Positions 50,080 through 60,037 of a DNA stretch of 64,000 nucleotides are shown piece after piece. This stretch comes from Endomicrobiales bacterium (GTDB lineage: Bacteria; Elusimicrobiota; Endomicrobiia; Endomicrobiales; JALOBY01). The stretch covers positions 32,001 through 96,000 of the forward strand of contig CAWCNJ010000004.1 of assembly GCA_963796955.1 (NCBI GenBank). The letters run 5' to 3'. The notes under the pieces are model-generated. The model saw only the letters and a list, made by a program, of their open reading frames with translations, did not search any database and had not been told where the DNA came from. The translations under genes were made by a program, and so were the position numbers. The first letter of the stretch is position 1. Every line of letters starts with the position of its first letter.

Positions 50080-50108
50080 AGCCTAACACACCTGTAATTG
50101 TCTGTCAA
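50080..50108 (-). promoter_or_regulatory. Promoter for signalling operon
   Basis: Minus strand TTGACA-17bp-TAGGCT; an opposing TTGACA lies at 50072-50077. Confidence 0.6.
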
Positions 50109-50123
50109 GACTAATCTTTCAAA

Positions 50124-51353
50124 TTATTGTGCTGTTGACGTAGTGGATGATTTGTTAATGGCTGGTCTGGCACGGTTCAGCAGTTTATAGGCTTCTTCTT
50201 CCGTGTTGGTATGCATACTATTGGCCTCCGCTTTTGGCAGCAGGCCGCCTTTTGTGTAGACGCATCTCGGGTTCCAAAGTATCCATTCGCCTACGCCATT
50301 GTCGTAGCACGCCTGTATCTGGGCGCGCACTTCTTTAGCGCCGTAATGAACGCCAAGAGAAAAGTCCTGAAGGTAGGGACGAAGTTTTTGCACGGGTATG
50401 CGCTTTTTCGCGCCTTCCATTCCGAGATAAACTATTTTATAGGGATTTGCGTTCGGGTTCGCTATGCCGTATTCCCCGGGGTTGTAATGCGAGGGGTAGA
50501 CCATAGGGCTTACATAATCAACCCGCTGCGCCATCTGGACTATTTTTTGGCCTATGCCCATATCATTGTTCACGGTCGTCGTTAAGCCGAACACATCAAT
50601 GCCGACTTTGACACCCAATTTGTCCAGGCGTTCGTGGGCTGCAGCCAGGAAGCCGTCCAGCGCGGCAGGCGCGGTAACGGTCGTATGGGCGACACTATAA
50701 CGGCAGGCTTTGATATTCCCGTCAGAGGGAAACCGGATGTAGTCGAACTGTATTTCGTCAAAGCCAAGCGCGACGGCTTTTTCGGCGAGAGAGATGTTAT
50801 AATTCCATACATCTTTGTTGTACGGGTCCATCCAGGTAAGGCCGCGATGATCCTTCCATATGGTGCCGTCTGGGTTCTTAACCGCCCATTTCGGTTTTTT
50901 CTTAGGCAAAAGCGCGTCTTTAAAAACGACCACGCGCGCGACGGTATATATACCTTCCGATTTCAACTGGGCAAGATATTTCTCAAGGTCGGGAACGGCC
51001 GCCACATAGGTGCCGTATTCCTGCGCCATGGCAAAGCCCGGCACATATACTTCGCCTTCGTATTCTTTTATATCTATAACTGCGGTGTTTATCTCGGTAT
51101 CCTTGAAAAGCGTTTCGCAGTAGGCGCGCCCCTTGGTCGAGCCGGCAACCCAGGAAGTTAAGTGGATACCGCGCACGTATTGAGGCTTTTTATGAGCAGG
51201 GACCACCGACGCGGTAGAGGTGCTTACCGCGATCTGGGGAGGTTGTGTGGGCTGGGAGAAGATCAGGTTCTTTCCAGTAAAGATTATGGTGGCAAGGATA
51301 CATAGGCCTGCGGCCCCTAAAAATAGTTTTCTTCCCAGAGTTGTTCTTTTCAT
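50124..51353 (-). CDS. Putative glycoside hydrolase (DUF4015-like), membrane-anchored
   Basis: VIDIK, ARVVVFKD, GFDEIQFDYIRFP, SPMVYPSHY, RPYLQDF. Confidence 0.88.
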   Translation of the reverse strand: MKRTTLGRKLFLGAAGLCILATIIFTGKNLIFSQPTQPPQIAVSTSTASVVPAHKKPQYVRGIHLTSWVAGSTKGRAYCETLFKDTEINTAVIDIKEYEGEVYVPGFAMAQEYGTYVAAVPDLEKYLAQLKSEGIYTVARVVVFKDALLPKKKPKWAVKNPDGTIWKDHRGLTWMDPYNKDVWNYNISLAEKAVALGFDEIQFDYIRFPSDGNIKACRYSVAHTTVTAPAALDGFLAAAHERLDKLGVKVGIDVFGLTTTVNNDMGIGQKIVQMAQRVDYVSPMVYPSHYNPGEYGIANPNANPYKIVYLGMEGAKKRIPVQKLRPYLQDFSLGVHYGAKEVRAQIQACYDNGVGEWILWNPRCVYTKGGLLPKAEANSMHTNTEEEAYKLLNRARPAINKSSTTSTAQ

Positions 51354-51389
51354 AAAACATATCCTTTTTACAATGCGATTTGATCATTT

Positions 51390-51448
51390 ATTCTAAACTA
51401 TAACAGGCGCTTTGTCAAGTTGACTTGCCGGATATAAACGACTATAAT
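51390..51448. promoter_or_regulatory. Back-to-back divergent sigma70 promoters
   Basis: Minus strand TTGACA-17-TAGAAT (51418-51390); plus strand TTGACT-17-TATAAT (51420-51448). Confidence 0.75.
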
Positions 51449-51479
51449 AATATCTCTAATTATAACAAAGGGGTCTCCT

Positions 51480-52541
51480 ATGCCTTACCAAGGATTGATA
51501 GAGCAGTACCGCGCCTATTTACCGGTCAGCAGTGCGACCAAGGTTATCTCACTTCATGAAGGTAACACGCCTCTGATCCCTTCCGTCAATCTGGCAGAGA
51601 AGATCGGCTTTCCCGGAACGATCTACTTTAAATATGAAGGTTTGAATCCTACCGGTTCATTCAAAGACCGCGGCATGACGATGGCTATAACGAAGGCCGT
51701 TGAGGACGGTTCAAAAGCCGTCATCTGCGCTTCCACCGGCAATACATCCGCCTCAGCCGCCGCCTATTCGGCGCGCGCGAACATTAAGTGCGTGGTACTG
51801 ATACCGGACGGCAATATCGCGCTCGGCAAGCTTTCACAGGCGGTCATGCACGGCGCGCTGGTGCTTGCCGTAGAAGGTAATTTTGACGTCGCGCTTAAAT
51901 TTGTGCGCGAACTTTCTGAAAAATATCCGTTGACCCTGGTCAATTCCATCAACCCCTACCGCATAGAGGGCCAGAAGACCGGCGCTTTTGAGATCTGTGA
52001 TGCCCTCGGCAAAGCTCCGGACTATCAGTTCATGCCCGTCGGCAATGCCGGCAACATAACCGCCTATTGGAAAGGGTACCGCGAATATAACGCTGAGAAA
52101 AAAACCGGCCTGCCGAAGATGATGGGTTTTCAGGCTGCCGGCTCGGCCCCGATCGTGCTGGGCCATCCCATAGAGGACCCGCACACGATAGCGACCGCCA
52201 TAAAGATCGGCAACCCGGCTTCCTGGAAACAGGCGGAAGAAGCCCGCGACGGCTCCGGCGGCGTGATAGACATGGTAACTGACGATGAAATACTGGAAGC
52301 GTACCAAATGGTCGCAGCCACCGAAGGCGTGTTCTGCGAACCAGGCTCGGCGGCCTCAATAGCCGGTTTGATACAGTACACCCGCAAAGGCTTTTTCAAA
52401 GATGCCGGCAAAGGCACCAGCGCTGTCTGTATATTAACGGGCCACGGCCTGAAAGACCCTGACCGCGCCATAAGCTGCTGCGCCAAACCGATAAAAGTAA
52501 AACCCGACATAAAGGAAATTTTGAAAGCGATAGGGATGTGA
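51480..52541 (+). CDS. thrC: Threonine synthase
   Basis: NPTGSFKDRG, ASTGNTS, PVGNAGN, TGHGLKD. Confidence 0.97.
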   Translation: MPYQGLIEQYRAYLPVSSATKVISLHEGNTPLIPSVNLAEKIGFPGTIYFKYEGLNPTGSFKDRGMTMAITKAVEDGSKAVICASTGNTSASAAAYSARANIKCVVLIPDGNIALGKLSQAVMHGALVLAVEGNFDVALKFVRELSEKYPLTLVNSINPYRIEGQKTGAFEICDALGKAPDYQFMPVGNAGNITAYWKGYREYNAEKKTGLPKMMGFQAAGSAPIVLGHPIEDPHTIATAIKIGNPASWKQAEEARDGSGGVIDMVTDDEILEAYQMVAATEGVFCEPGSAASIAGLIQYTRKGFFKDAGKGTSAVCILTGHGLKDPDRAISCCAKPIKVKPDIKEILKAIGM

Positions 52542-52578
52542 GAGTGTAAGTGAAGGCGTAAAAAAGCGAGGTATTACT

Positions 52579-52881
52579 ATGGAAGAAATAAAGACGCCGG
52601 TGGCGCCGCAGATACAGATAGAGATCGACGATGCATTGGCACAGGGGGTTTACAGTAATTTGGCTATGATCGGTCATACAGAGAACGAAATTGTTTTGGA
52701 TTTTATTTTTATTCAGCCGCAGGCGCCGAAGGCTAAGGTGCGCAGCCGCGTTATTACTTCGCCCTCGCACGCTAAAAGGCTTGCCGCAGCATTGCAGGAC
52801 AATATTTTGAAGTATGAAGCCCGGTTCGGGGAAATAAAAGTGCACACCGAGCCCGAAAAAAAGGTGGGTTTTTACAATTAA
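52579..52881 (+). CDS. DUF3467 protein
   Basis: GVYSNLA, EIVLDF, RVITSPSHAKRL. Confidence 0.9.
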   Translation: MEEIKTPVAPQIQIEIDDALAQGVYSNLAMIGHTENEIVLDFIFIQPQAPKAKVRSRVITSPSHAKRLAAALQDNILKYEARFGEIKVHTEPEKKVGFYN

Positions 52882-54178
52882 GACCGATACGGCCGAACCC
52901 CGCGTAGAGATAATCTGTAGCGGCAGCGAACTGTTGACCGATAAAGTTAACTCCAACAGCGTGCTTATAGGCGAACATTTGTTCGCTTTGGGTATGAATG
53001 TTGCCCGTGTGACCACGGTCGGCGATTCATTGCCGGAAATGGAGTCGGTTTTCGCCGGTGCGATCGAGCGGGCCGACATAGTTATTTCTACCGGCGGCCT
53101 TGGTCCCACCTTTGACGATCTTACCAGACAGGTCGTCTCCCGGGTTACCGGAAGAGAACTGAAAGAGAATAACGCGGTTTTGGAGACCATACGCGGTTTC
53201 TTTGTTAAACGCAAGGTCTCGATGCCGGAAAATAACCGTCTACAGGCGCAGATACTGGAAGGCGCAGAAGTACTGAATAACACTAACGGCACTGCTCCCG
53301 GACAGTTACTTGAGTTTACCGGCGCAAAATACGGTAATACAAAGAAAATGATCGTGCTGCTGCCGGGTCCCCCGCGCGAAATGCTGCCTATGTTCGAGGC
53401 AGTCGCCCTCGGCAGGCTTAAGCCCCTCTCAAAAAGCCTCCAAAAACGTTTTGTCCTTCGCATTACCGGTCTTGGGGAATCGGTGGTAGAGGAAAAACTT
53501 CGTCCGGTGCTGGAAGCGGAACGTAAACTGGAAAGCGGCGTGGTCAGCTTCGGTATTGTCGCTTCTCACGACATGATCATTGATATGAAGGCAACGGTCC
53601 GCGGTACCGATGAGATGGAGATAGACGAGACCATAAAAAATATTAAAAAAGAGTTTCGCGATATCCTTGGTGACAACGTTTTCGGCGAAGGCCGCCAGAC
53701 GCTGGAAGGCGCTGTCGGCGAGTTGCTGGGTCATAAAAAACAGACGTTGGCGCTGGCGGAATCGTGCACCGGCGGCATGGTGGGGGCGCGCATTACCAAC
53801 CAGCCGGGCAGCTCGGCGTATTTTCTTGAAGGCATCGTAACGTATTCGAACGCGGCAAAAGAACGGCTGCTTAAAGTTAACCCCGAGACCATCCGCGACT
53901 ACGGCGCCGTTTCCCAGCAGACGGCAATCGAGATGGCCGAGGGCGTGCGCTCTATCTCCGGTGCGGATTACGCTCTGTCCATTACCGGTATCGCCGGCCC
54001 CGGCGGCAGCACCGCCGAAAAACCGGTCGGGCTGGTATACATCGGCCTGGTCTCGTCGGCGATAAAGGAAGTTTTCAAATACCAATTCTCCGGTACACGC
54101 AGCGATATACGCACCCGCGCGGCGAACACCGCGCTGGACCTTTTAAGACGGTATCTGCTCAATTCAAAAGGCCGTTAA
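52877..54178 (+). CDS. cinA: Competence/damage-inducible protein CinA (NMN deamidase domain); probable ATT start
   Basis: VEIICSGSELL upstream of track start, TGGLGPTFDDLT, LPGPP, AESCTGG, TGIAGP. Confidence 0.93.
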   Translation: MKTDTAEPRVEIICSGSELLTDKVNSNSVLIGEHLFALGMNVARVTTVGDSLPEMESVFAGAIERADIVISTGGLGPTFDDLTRQVVSRVTGRELKENNAVLETIRGFFVKRKVSMPENNRLQAQILEGAEVLNNTNGTAPGQLLEFTGAKYGNTKKMIVLLPGPPREMLPMFEAVALGRLKPLSKSLQKRFVLRITGLGESVVEEKLRPVLEAERKLESGVVSFGIVASHDMIIDMKATVRGTDEMEIDETIKNIKKEFRDILGDNVFGEGRQTLEGAVGELLGHKKQTLALAESCTGGMVGARITNQPGSSAYFLEGIVTYSNAAKERLLKVNPETIRDYGAVSQQTAIEMAEGVRSISGADYALSITGIAGPGGSTAEKPVGLVYIGLVSSAIKEVFKYQFSGTRSDIRTRAANTALDLLRRYLLNSKGR

Positions 54179-54199
54179 TGACACCTGGTCTGGCCGCGC

Positions 54200-54958
54200 A
54201 TGTATAAAATACGCTTTCACATAACGGTGTACCGCTACGAAGTGATAGTGGCCTGCATCATATTATTGCTTACCGGCAGCGTGGCCGTCTCCAGCCGCTC
54301 GGATGAGCCGGCATTCCCGCCCATATACCGTTATCCTTACCGCGTGGCACTCACTTTCGATGACGGTCCGCACCCGCTGTACACCTGCTCGCTTATAAAA
54401 ATACTTAAAGACAACGAAGCAAAGGCAACGTTTTTCGTGGTCGGTAAACAGGCGGTAGAATACCCGTATCTGCTCAAAAACCTGTCTTTGGCAGGTAATG
54501 AGGTTGAAGACCACACTTTTACGCACCCGAACCTTTCAAAAATATCGGACGCGCGGGTTCAGCAGGAGATATTTGACACGGCCCGCGTTATCAAAGATCT
54601 TACCGGCGTTGCCCCGCGTTTTTACCGGCCGCCGGGAGGGCAGTTCAATGCCGGCGTACAAAAAAATTTGCGTGACAGCGGCCTCAGCATGGCCCTGTGG
54701 ACAGTTTTTCCCAAGGATCATGAAGAGGACGACCCGCAGGTTATTATCAGCCGCGTGCTGGCGCAGGTGACCGACGGCGGGGTTGTGCTGCTGCATTCCG
54801 GGCGCGCCCCGACGCTTGCCGCATTACCGGCCCTTATCCGGGAGCTGCGGAGCCGCGGTTACCGTTTTGTGACGCTTGATGAACTGGCGGGTTCCATAAA
54901 GTCCGGAGAACTTGCCTGGCTTGACACAGGGGGAAAATATGCGCGTTCTGGCAATTGA
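54200..54958 (+). CDS. NodB-type polysaccharide deacetylase
   Basis: TFDDGP, HTFTH, RPPGG, LLH; N-terminal TM. Confidence 0.93.
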   Translation: MYKIRFHITVYRYEVIVACIILLLTGSVAVSSRSDEPAFPPIYRYPYRVALTFDDGPHPLYTCSLIKILKDNEAKATFFVVGKQAVEYPYLLKNLSLAGNEVEDHTFTHPNLSKISDARVQQEIFDTARVIKDLTGVAPRFYRPPGGQFNAGVQKNLRDSGLSMALWTVFPKDHEEDDPQVIISRVLAQVTDGGVVLLHSGRAPTLAALPALIRELRSRGYRFVTLDELAGSIKSGELAWLDTGGKYARSGN

Positions 54959-55361
54959 TTATGGCACACGCCGTATCGGCATAGCTGTTTCCGACGCTCT
55001 CGGCATTACCGCCCAGCCGCTGGAGATAATAGAACGTACCAACAAAATAAAGGACATGGAGCGGATAGCCGCGATCGTCGGCGATAAAAAAGTCGAAAGG
55101 ATCGTGATCGGTCTGCCGATCAATATGGACGGCGAGGAAGGGCCGAATGTGGCCTATATCAGGAAATTCGCCGGCGAGGTGGAGGAGCGCTTCAAACTGC
55201 CTGTTGAGCTTTATGACGAACGCCTTACCACTATGCAGGCGGAGCGGATGCTGGTGGATGAGGCCGATATGTCCAGAGAAAAACGCAAGGGTGTTAAAGA
55301 CAAGATCGCTGCCTCCATACTGCTACAGTCGTATCTTGAGTTTTCTACTACGAAGAACTAA
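54939..55361 (+). CDS. ruvX: YqgF/RuvX nuclease
   Basis: LAIDYGTRRIGIAVSD, GLP, DERLTT; start at ATG 54939. Confidence 0.96.
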   Translation: MRVLAIDYGTRRIGIAVSDALGITAQPLEIIERTNKIKDMERIAAIVGDKKVERIVIGLPINMDGEEGPNVAYIRKFAGEVEERFKLPVELYDERLTTMQAERMLVDEADMSREKRKGVKDKIAASILLQSYLEFSTTKN

Positions 55362-55372
55362 AAAAGGGATAT

Positions 55373-55936
55373 ATGAGACTATTTATAGCGATAAACATGC
55401 CTGAAGATATACAAAAAACGGTTGCTGCGGTCCAAACTGAGTTAAAGCCCGCCGGAGCGGACGTGCGCTGGACAAGCGCCGGCCATTTTCACTTCACGTT
55501 AAAGTTCCTCGGCGATCTGAGCCCGGACAGAGTTGAACCTGCGATCGCGGCGATGGAGAAGGCCCTGCGCGGCTTTGGGTCCTTTGACCTTGTGCTGAAG
55601 GGCCTTGGCGTATTTCCCGACATGAAAAAGCCTAAAGTAGTCTGGCTGGGCGCCCAGGATGTTACTGCGGCAGCTGCCCGTCTGAGCGCCGTGTTGGATG
55701 ATACCCTTGAACCTCTGGGCTATGGCAGGGAAACCAGACCCTTTGCCGCCCACCTTACGCTGGGCCGTGTCCGCTCGCGCCTGCATGAAGCCGCCCTGGT
55801 GGAATTGATCAACAAAAACCAGCACGCCTCCGGCGGTACGATACACGTAGAGACCGTAGAACTCATGCGCAGCGTGATATCGGAAAAAGGGCCGGAATAT
55901 ATCTGCCTGAAGTCTGTTGCTCTTGGATCGAATTAA
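55373..55936 (+). CDS. thpR: RNA 2',3'-cyclic phosphodiesterase
   Basis: MRLFIA and two HxTL motifs. Confidence 0.95.
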   Translation: MRLFIAINMPEDIQKTVAAVQTELKPAGADVRWTSAGHFHFTLKFLGDLSPDRVEPAIAAMEKALRGFGSFDLVLKGLGVFPDMKKPKVVWLGAQDVTAAAARLSAVLDDTLEPLGYGRETRPFAAHLTLGRVRSRLHEAALVELINKNQHASGGTIHVETVELMRSVISEKGPEYICLKSVALGSN

Positions 55937-55940
55937 TTCA

Positions 55941-56678
55941 TCAGGAACTTATTGCTACCCGTTGAAATTCATTGTTCGTGGCATTCATGGGCGATAAACT
56001 TAACCACAACCCGCCGAAAGAACTCTTTCCTGTTATATCGTAGATCCATTTCAGATACAGCCGTAATGCGAACAGGCGGATATGCACCACCTGCTCGGCC
56101 AGCCTGGAACCGTATTTTAAATGCGTTTCCCGGGACCGGTCGTTAATGCCGTTGATATAGGAAAAGATCCATTTAACGGAGCGTGATTTCGCGTACCGCG
56201 TGGTCTCATTGGTAATGTTCACCCAGGCTCCGCTGAGCCGGTATTTAGGTTCCACGAAGGCCGCCAGGCCCGTCATGCTGTTTTCCGGTAATAAAAGTTT
56301 ATATTCGGCTTCCTCAATATTGCAAACGCTTGAAAAACGCAGCCATTTCACGGCTATGATATTTCCCTCAAGTTCGGCGACAAAGGGCACGTCGTCGTTG
56401 GCGAACCGTTCTTCCAGCACACCCTCTTCCTGCGGATCGAGCTTGTTTAAGGCCGGTATATCTTTAACGGTCGCCTGCCTGATGCTCATAGAACTGGTTC
56501 GGCCCTGCACCAGCGGTTTCCCGCCGTCGTTTACCAGAATATGCAGCCGGTCGTACCCGAGGATCCCGCGGATAGCCGATGCGGCCAATATGATCCCGTG
56601 CTCCAACAGTCGCAGTATCTTTCCCGAAAAAACAAGATCAGATATTTTTTTCAGCCTGATAGACGCTGTGTTTTCCAT
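55941..56678 (-). CDS. GNAT-like acyltransferase
   Basis: IRQAT, FVAEL, FVEPKYRLSG, N..SRETHLKYG; start at MENTAS. Confidence 0.7.
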   Translation of the reverse strand: MENTASIRLKKISDLVFSGKILRLLEHGIILAASAIRGILGYDRLHILVNDGGKPLVQGRTSSMSIRQATVKDIPALNKLDPQEEGVLEERFANDDVPFVAELEGNIIAVKWLRFSSVCNIEEAEYKLLLPENSMTGLAAFVEPKYRLSGAWVNITNETTRYAKSRSVKWIFSYINGINDRSRETHLKYGSRLAEQVVHIRLFALRLYLKWIYDITGKSSFGGLWLSLSPMNATNNEFQRVAISS

Positions 56679-56679
56679 G

Positions 56680-58176
56680 TTATACCCCCGCCAGAGCAAG
56701 CTTGCTTAACTCGGCCCTTCGTATCTTTCCCGACGCAGTCTTCGGCAGCGCCGGCATGATAACCACCTGTTTCGGCTGCTTGTAGGGCGCTATGCATTCC
56801 TTGCACCGGTCCTTCAGGTCCTTTTCTTCAAGTGCCGCGCCGGTTGAAGGCACTACGAACAGGGTAATAGCCTCGCCCATCAGCTCGTCGGCCACGCCCA
56901 CCGCGCTGCATTCCAGCACTCCCGAAAAGCTGTTGACGACGTCCTCTATCTCAACGGGACTTATGCGGTGTCCGCCGCATTTGATCATATCTTTCTTACG
57001 GCTTACAATGTACACATAGCCGTCTTCGTCCATGCGGCCCAGGTCTCCGGTATACAGTCCGTTGCCTTTAAGCACATTCGCTGTTTCCTGCGGCGCGTGC
57101 CAGTAACCGGCCATAACGCCTTTACCGCGCACCACTATCTCGCCGATATCGCCGGCAGGCGCTGTATTGCCGTGCTCATCAACTATTTCCATGGTAACGC
57201 CCTGCATCCCCTTGCCGATAGAACCGGGCTTTTCGTTCAACAACGCCGGATCCAGGTAGCTTATGCGGGCCGTTGCTTCCGTCTGCCCGTACATCATAAA
57301 AAACTTCACGTGGGGCAGGATAGTGTTGAATTCCCCGATCAGCGCCGGGCTGAGCGGGCCGCCGGAAAGCGTGGCATAGCGTAAGTCAGGGAGCTCGTAC
57401 TGTTTTAGCGCGGATTTACGCAGCAGCACGGCATAATGGGACGGCACACCTGAAAAACCGGTTATCCTTTCCTTTTTCATGATCTCCAGGATAACATTGG
57501 GGTACAGAAAACGGTTATCCGTTACCAGCGTGCCGCCAACCTTGATGTGGGTCGTAAGCAGTGAGGCGCCGTACGTATAGTAAAACGGCATTATGGACAT
57601 TACTTTGTCTTCGGCAGTCAGCGCAAGGAATTGCACGATGCCGTCGGTATTAACGGAAATATTCTCATGGGTCAGCATCACGCCCTTAGGCTTTCCCGTC
57701 GTGCCCGAAGTATACAGAATGTTCGCTAGGCTATTTTCAGGGATATCAAGCGAAAAAGGCCGGGCGGCTTCTGCGGGGAATGTAAGCACGTCCACTTCGA
57801 TTATCGGCCAGTGCCTGCCGATCGCCGCGGTCACTGTTTGAGCGGTTTTTATATGACGGGCATTGGTTAGCACGACGCTGGGCAGAAAATCCTGGAACAG
57901 ATAGGCAAGCTCATCGGGCATCAGCTGTACGTTCAGGGGAACCACCGTCGCGCCGGCCCTGAGGGCCGCGAAATATGAGACCACGTATTCGCAGGAGTTC
58001 TCTATCAGCAGCGCGATCCGGTCATCCTTCTTCACGTCCATAGACGTAAGCTGCCGGGCCAGCAGCCAGGACTGCCGGTCCAGCTCTTTGTATGAAAGTC
58101 TTTTATTTAAATGCACCGCCGCGGTATTGTCCGGGAATTTTTTGGCGGAAGCGGTCAAAAACTCTTGTACCAGCAT
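56680..58176 (-). CDS. ANL-family adenylate-forming acyl/aminoacyl ligase
   Basis: YTSGTTGKPKG, YGQTE, TGD, PKTASGK. Confidence 0.95.
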   Translation of the reverse strand: MLVQEFLTASAKKFPDNTAAVHLNKRLSYKELDRQSWLLARQLTSMDVKKDDRIALLIENSCEYVVSYFAALRAGATVVPLNVQLMPDELAYLFQDFLPSVVLTNARHIKTAQTVTAAIGRHWPIIEVDVLTFPAEAARPFSLDIPENSLANILYTSGTTGKPKGVMLTHENISVNTDGIVQFLALTAEDKVMSIMPFYYTYGASLLTTHIKVGGTLVTDNRFLYPNVILEIMKKERITGFSGVPSHYAVLLRKSALKQYELPDLRYATLSGGPLSPALIGEFNTILPHVKFFMMYGQTEATARISYLDPALLNEKPGSIGKGMQGVTMEIVDEHGNTAPAGDIGEIVVRGKGVMAGYWHAPQETANVLKGNGLYTGDLGRMDEDGYVYIVSRKKDMIKCGGHRISPVEIEDVVNSFSGVLECSAVGVADELMGEAITLFVVPSTGAALEEKDLKDRCKECIAPYKQPKQVVIMPALPKTASGKIRRAELSKLALAGV

Positions 58177-58178
58177 AA

Positions 58179-58442
58179 TTATATCCCCTGTTGCTGCTTT
58201 GTTGTTACAAAGTTTGCTATCTTTGCCAGCGAGTCCAGGTTGTCGGGCACCAGTTCCGTGTCGAGAAAGGCGACCTTGAATTCTTTTTCTATATAACCGA
58301 CCAGTTCGAGCACGCCGGCTGAATCGATGACCCCTTTTTCAAGGAATGAATCATCATCGCTCAACCTGGTTAATTTTTTAGACGACATGAAATTATCTTC
58401 TATAAAGCGGGTAACTTTTTGACGGATATCTATAGTGTTCAA
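58179..58442 (-). CDS. Stand-alone acyl/aminoacyl carrier protein
   Basis: GVIDS phosphopantetheine motif; NLDSL; RBS GAGGAG, TTG start. Confidence 0.92.
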   Translation of the reverse strand: MNTIDIRQKVTRFIEDNFMSSKKLTRLSDDDSFLEKGVIDSAGVLELVGYIEKEFKVAFLDTELVPDNLDSLAKIANFVTTKQQQGI

Positions 58443-58575
58443 ATTACTTTCTCCTCACGAATGATTAGGCGTGGTAACGGTCACGGATCAGGTAGGTACA
58501 AAATACAACTTATCGTCGTTGTTGCAAATAGTGCGATACGTAAAAATAATGACGCGAGTACACCCGATCAGTCTG

Positions 58576-59886
58576 TTATTGTTCTTCTATTATCTCATTG
58601 GTCGTCATGAAGCCGCCGTTGAGAAATGTTTTGGAGGCTATCGCCTGCAGCAGGGCGCATTTTTCCGTACATTTTTGGGTTTCGATATTCTGCAGGTTGC
58701 GTATGGCTTCCCGCACATCCGATAAGGAGCCGATGAACATCAGGAAGCGGCGTTCAGCGACCATAAGCGCTTCTTTTGCCTGCTGGTATTCCTCATCAAG
58801 GTACAGCAGTTTGGCTCTGGATACATTGATGTTTTCGTCGAAAACGGCGTTCGAGTCTTCCACTTGCTCTCTGGCGGCTGCCAGGGCGTAGTCTGTTTGC
58901 CGGGCCAGAGCTCTTGCCTGGCGCACCCCGCTGTTTATCTGACCGCCGTGGAAAAACGGTAAAATAACGGAGAATCCTGCGGAATAATCAGCCTTGTCAA
59001 CAAGCGTTGTTTCGGAAACACCGCCTTTGCTGGCGAGCAGCGTTATTTTAAGCGCATGCCCGCCCTTGCTCTCTGATACCGTTGCATGGGCTGCCGAGGC
59101 CTGCGTTACGGCCCTGCCGATCAACGGGTTGAGCGGCCCGGGCTGGATATTGTTTAAAACAGCCTCGGTAAGCGATGCCGGAGCTGGGAAAGCAAATGAA
59201 TTTTCAGCAAGGCCCGATAAGAGGGCGAAACGTTTACAGGTGCTGCGGTACCGTTCCCTGAACTCCACAAGCGCCATAGCCGCTTCATCGGCCTGATTTT
59301 TCACCAGAAATCTTTCGGAAACCGACATCTGGCCTTTTTTGGTCAGCCGGTTAACTTCCTGCATTACATTGTCTACCTCGATAGAGACCGCCTGCCATAC
59401 TTCCAGCAGTCCCTGATAACGGACGCCTTCGAAGTACGTTCGTAATGCCTGCTGGTACACGCCCGCGCGAACGACCCTGGTCTGGTATTGTGCGGACTCC
59501 AGCCGTGAGCGCGCGGCCTTGACCCGGTAATGACGGCTTACATCGAACAGAGAATATTTGATCACGATGTCGGCGCCTGAACCCGTCCTGAAAGGGGAAC
59601 TGATCAAGCCATTCGCGCCAAGAGCTAAGGCGCCGCCCTGCAAACCGGAACTTTGGATCGCCTCAATATCCAGCCAGGGATAGCATTCGGCTTTAAGCGC
59701 ATAATAAGTTTCACGCACCTGAGTTTCAGCGCTGAGAGCGGCTTCCAGATCGGGGCTGTTCTTTTCAACAAGGCGGATCCCTTCGTCCAGCGGTAACAGG
59801 CGCGCTTGTTTTTGGGCCGTGCAGATGGTTGGGCACAGCAGCAGTATCCATAGTATAAGTATTTTTTTCCTTTCGGTGTATATCAT
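58576..59886 (-). CDS. TolC-family outer membrane channel (orphan)
   Basis: Signal peptide; duplicated helix-strand organisation (YPWLD, SLFD, LPFFHGG). Confidence 0.8.
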   Translation of the reverse strand: MIYTERKKILILWILLLCPTICTAQKQARLLPLDEGIRLVEKNSPDLEAALSAETQVRETYYALKAECYPWLDIEAIQSSGLQGGALALGANGLISSPFRTGSGADIVIKYSLFDVSRHYRVKAARSRLESAQYQTRVVRAGVYQQALRTYFEGVRYQGLLEVWQAVSIEVDNVMQEVNRLTKKGQMSVSERFLVKNQADEAAMALVEFRERYRSTCKRFALLSGLAENSFAFPAPASLTEAVLNNIQPGPLNPLIGRAVTQASAAHATVSESKGGHALKITLLASKGGVSETTLVDKADYSAGFSVILPFFHGGQINSGVRQARALARQTDYALAAAREQVEDSNAVFDENINVSRAKLLYLDEEYQQAKEALMVAERRFLMFIGSLSDVREAIRNLQNIETQKCTEKCALLQAIASKTFLNGGFMTTNEIIEEQ

Positions 59887-59976
59887 AAAATACAATATAA
59901 GAAACTAATGGCCGCGCCTGCCATGCATAGTATCCACCGGCCGCTGACAAAACTCCGCCCGGCAGCGGAACGTGAA

Positions 59977-60004
59977 TTGACATTGCACGGTAAAAAGCTA
60001 TACT
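59977..60004 (+). promoter_or_regulatory. sigma70 promoter for mltG-nifS
   Basis: TTGACA-16bp-TATACT. Confidence 0.65.
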
Positions 60005-60037
60005 ATTGTAATAGTAAGCGATACGGAGCAATGTGAA

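Noticed and set aside
58521..58536. Sigma54 promoter upstream of the ACP gene (minus strand TCGCAC...TTGCA)
   Set aside because: Lacks the -24 GG and has wrong spacing
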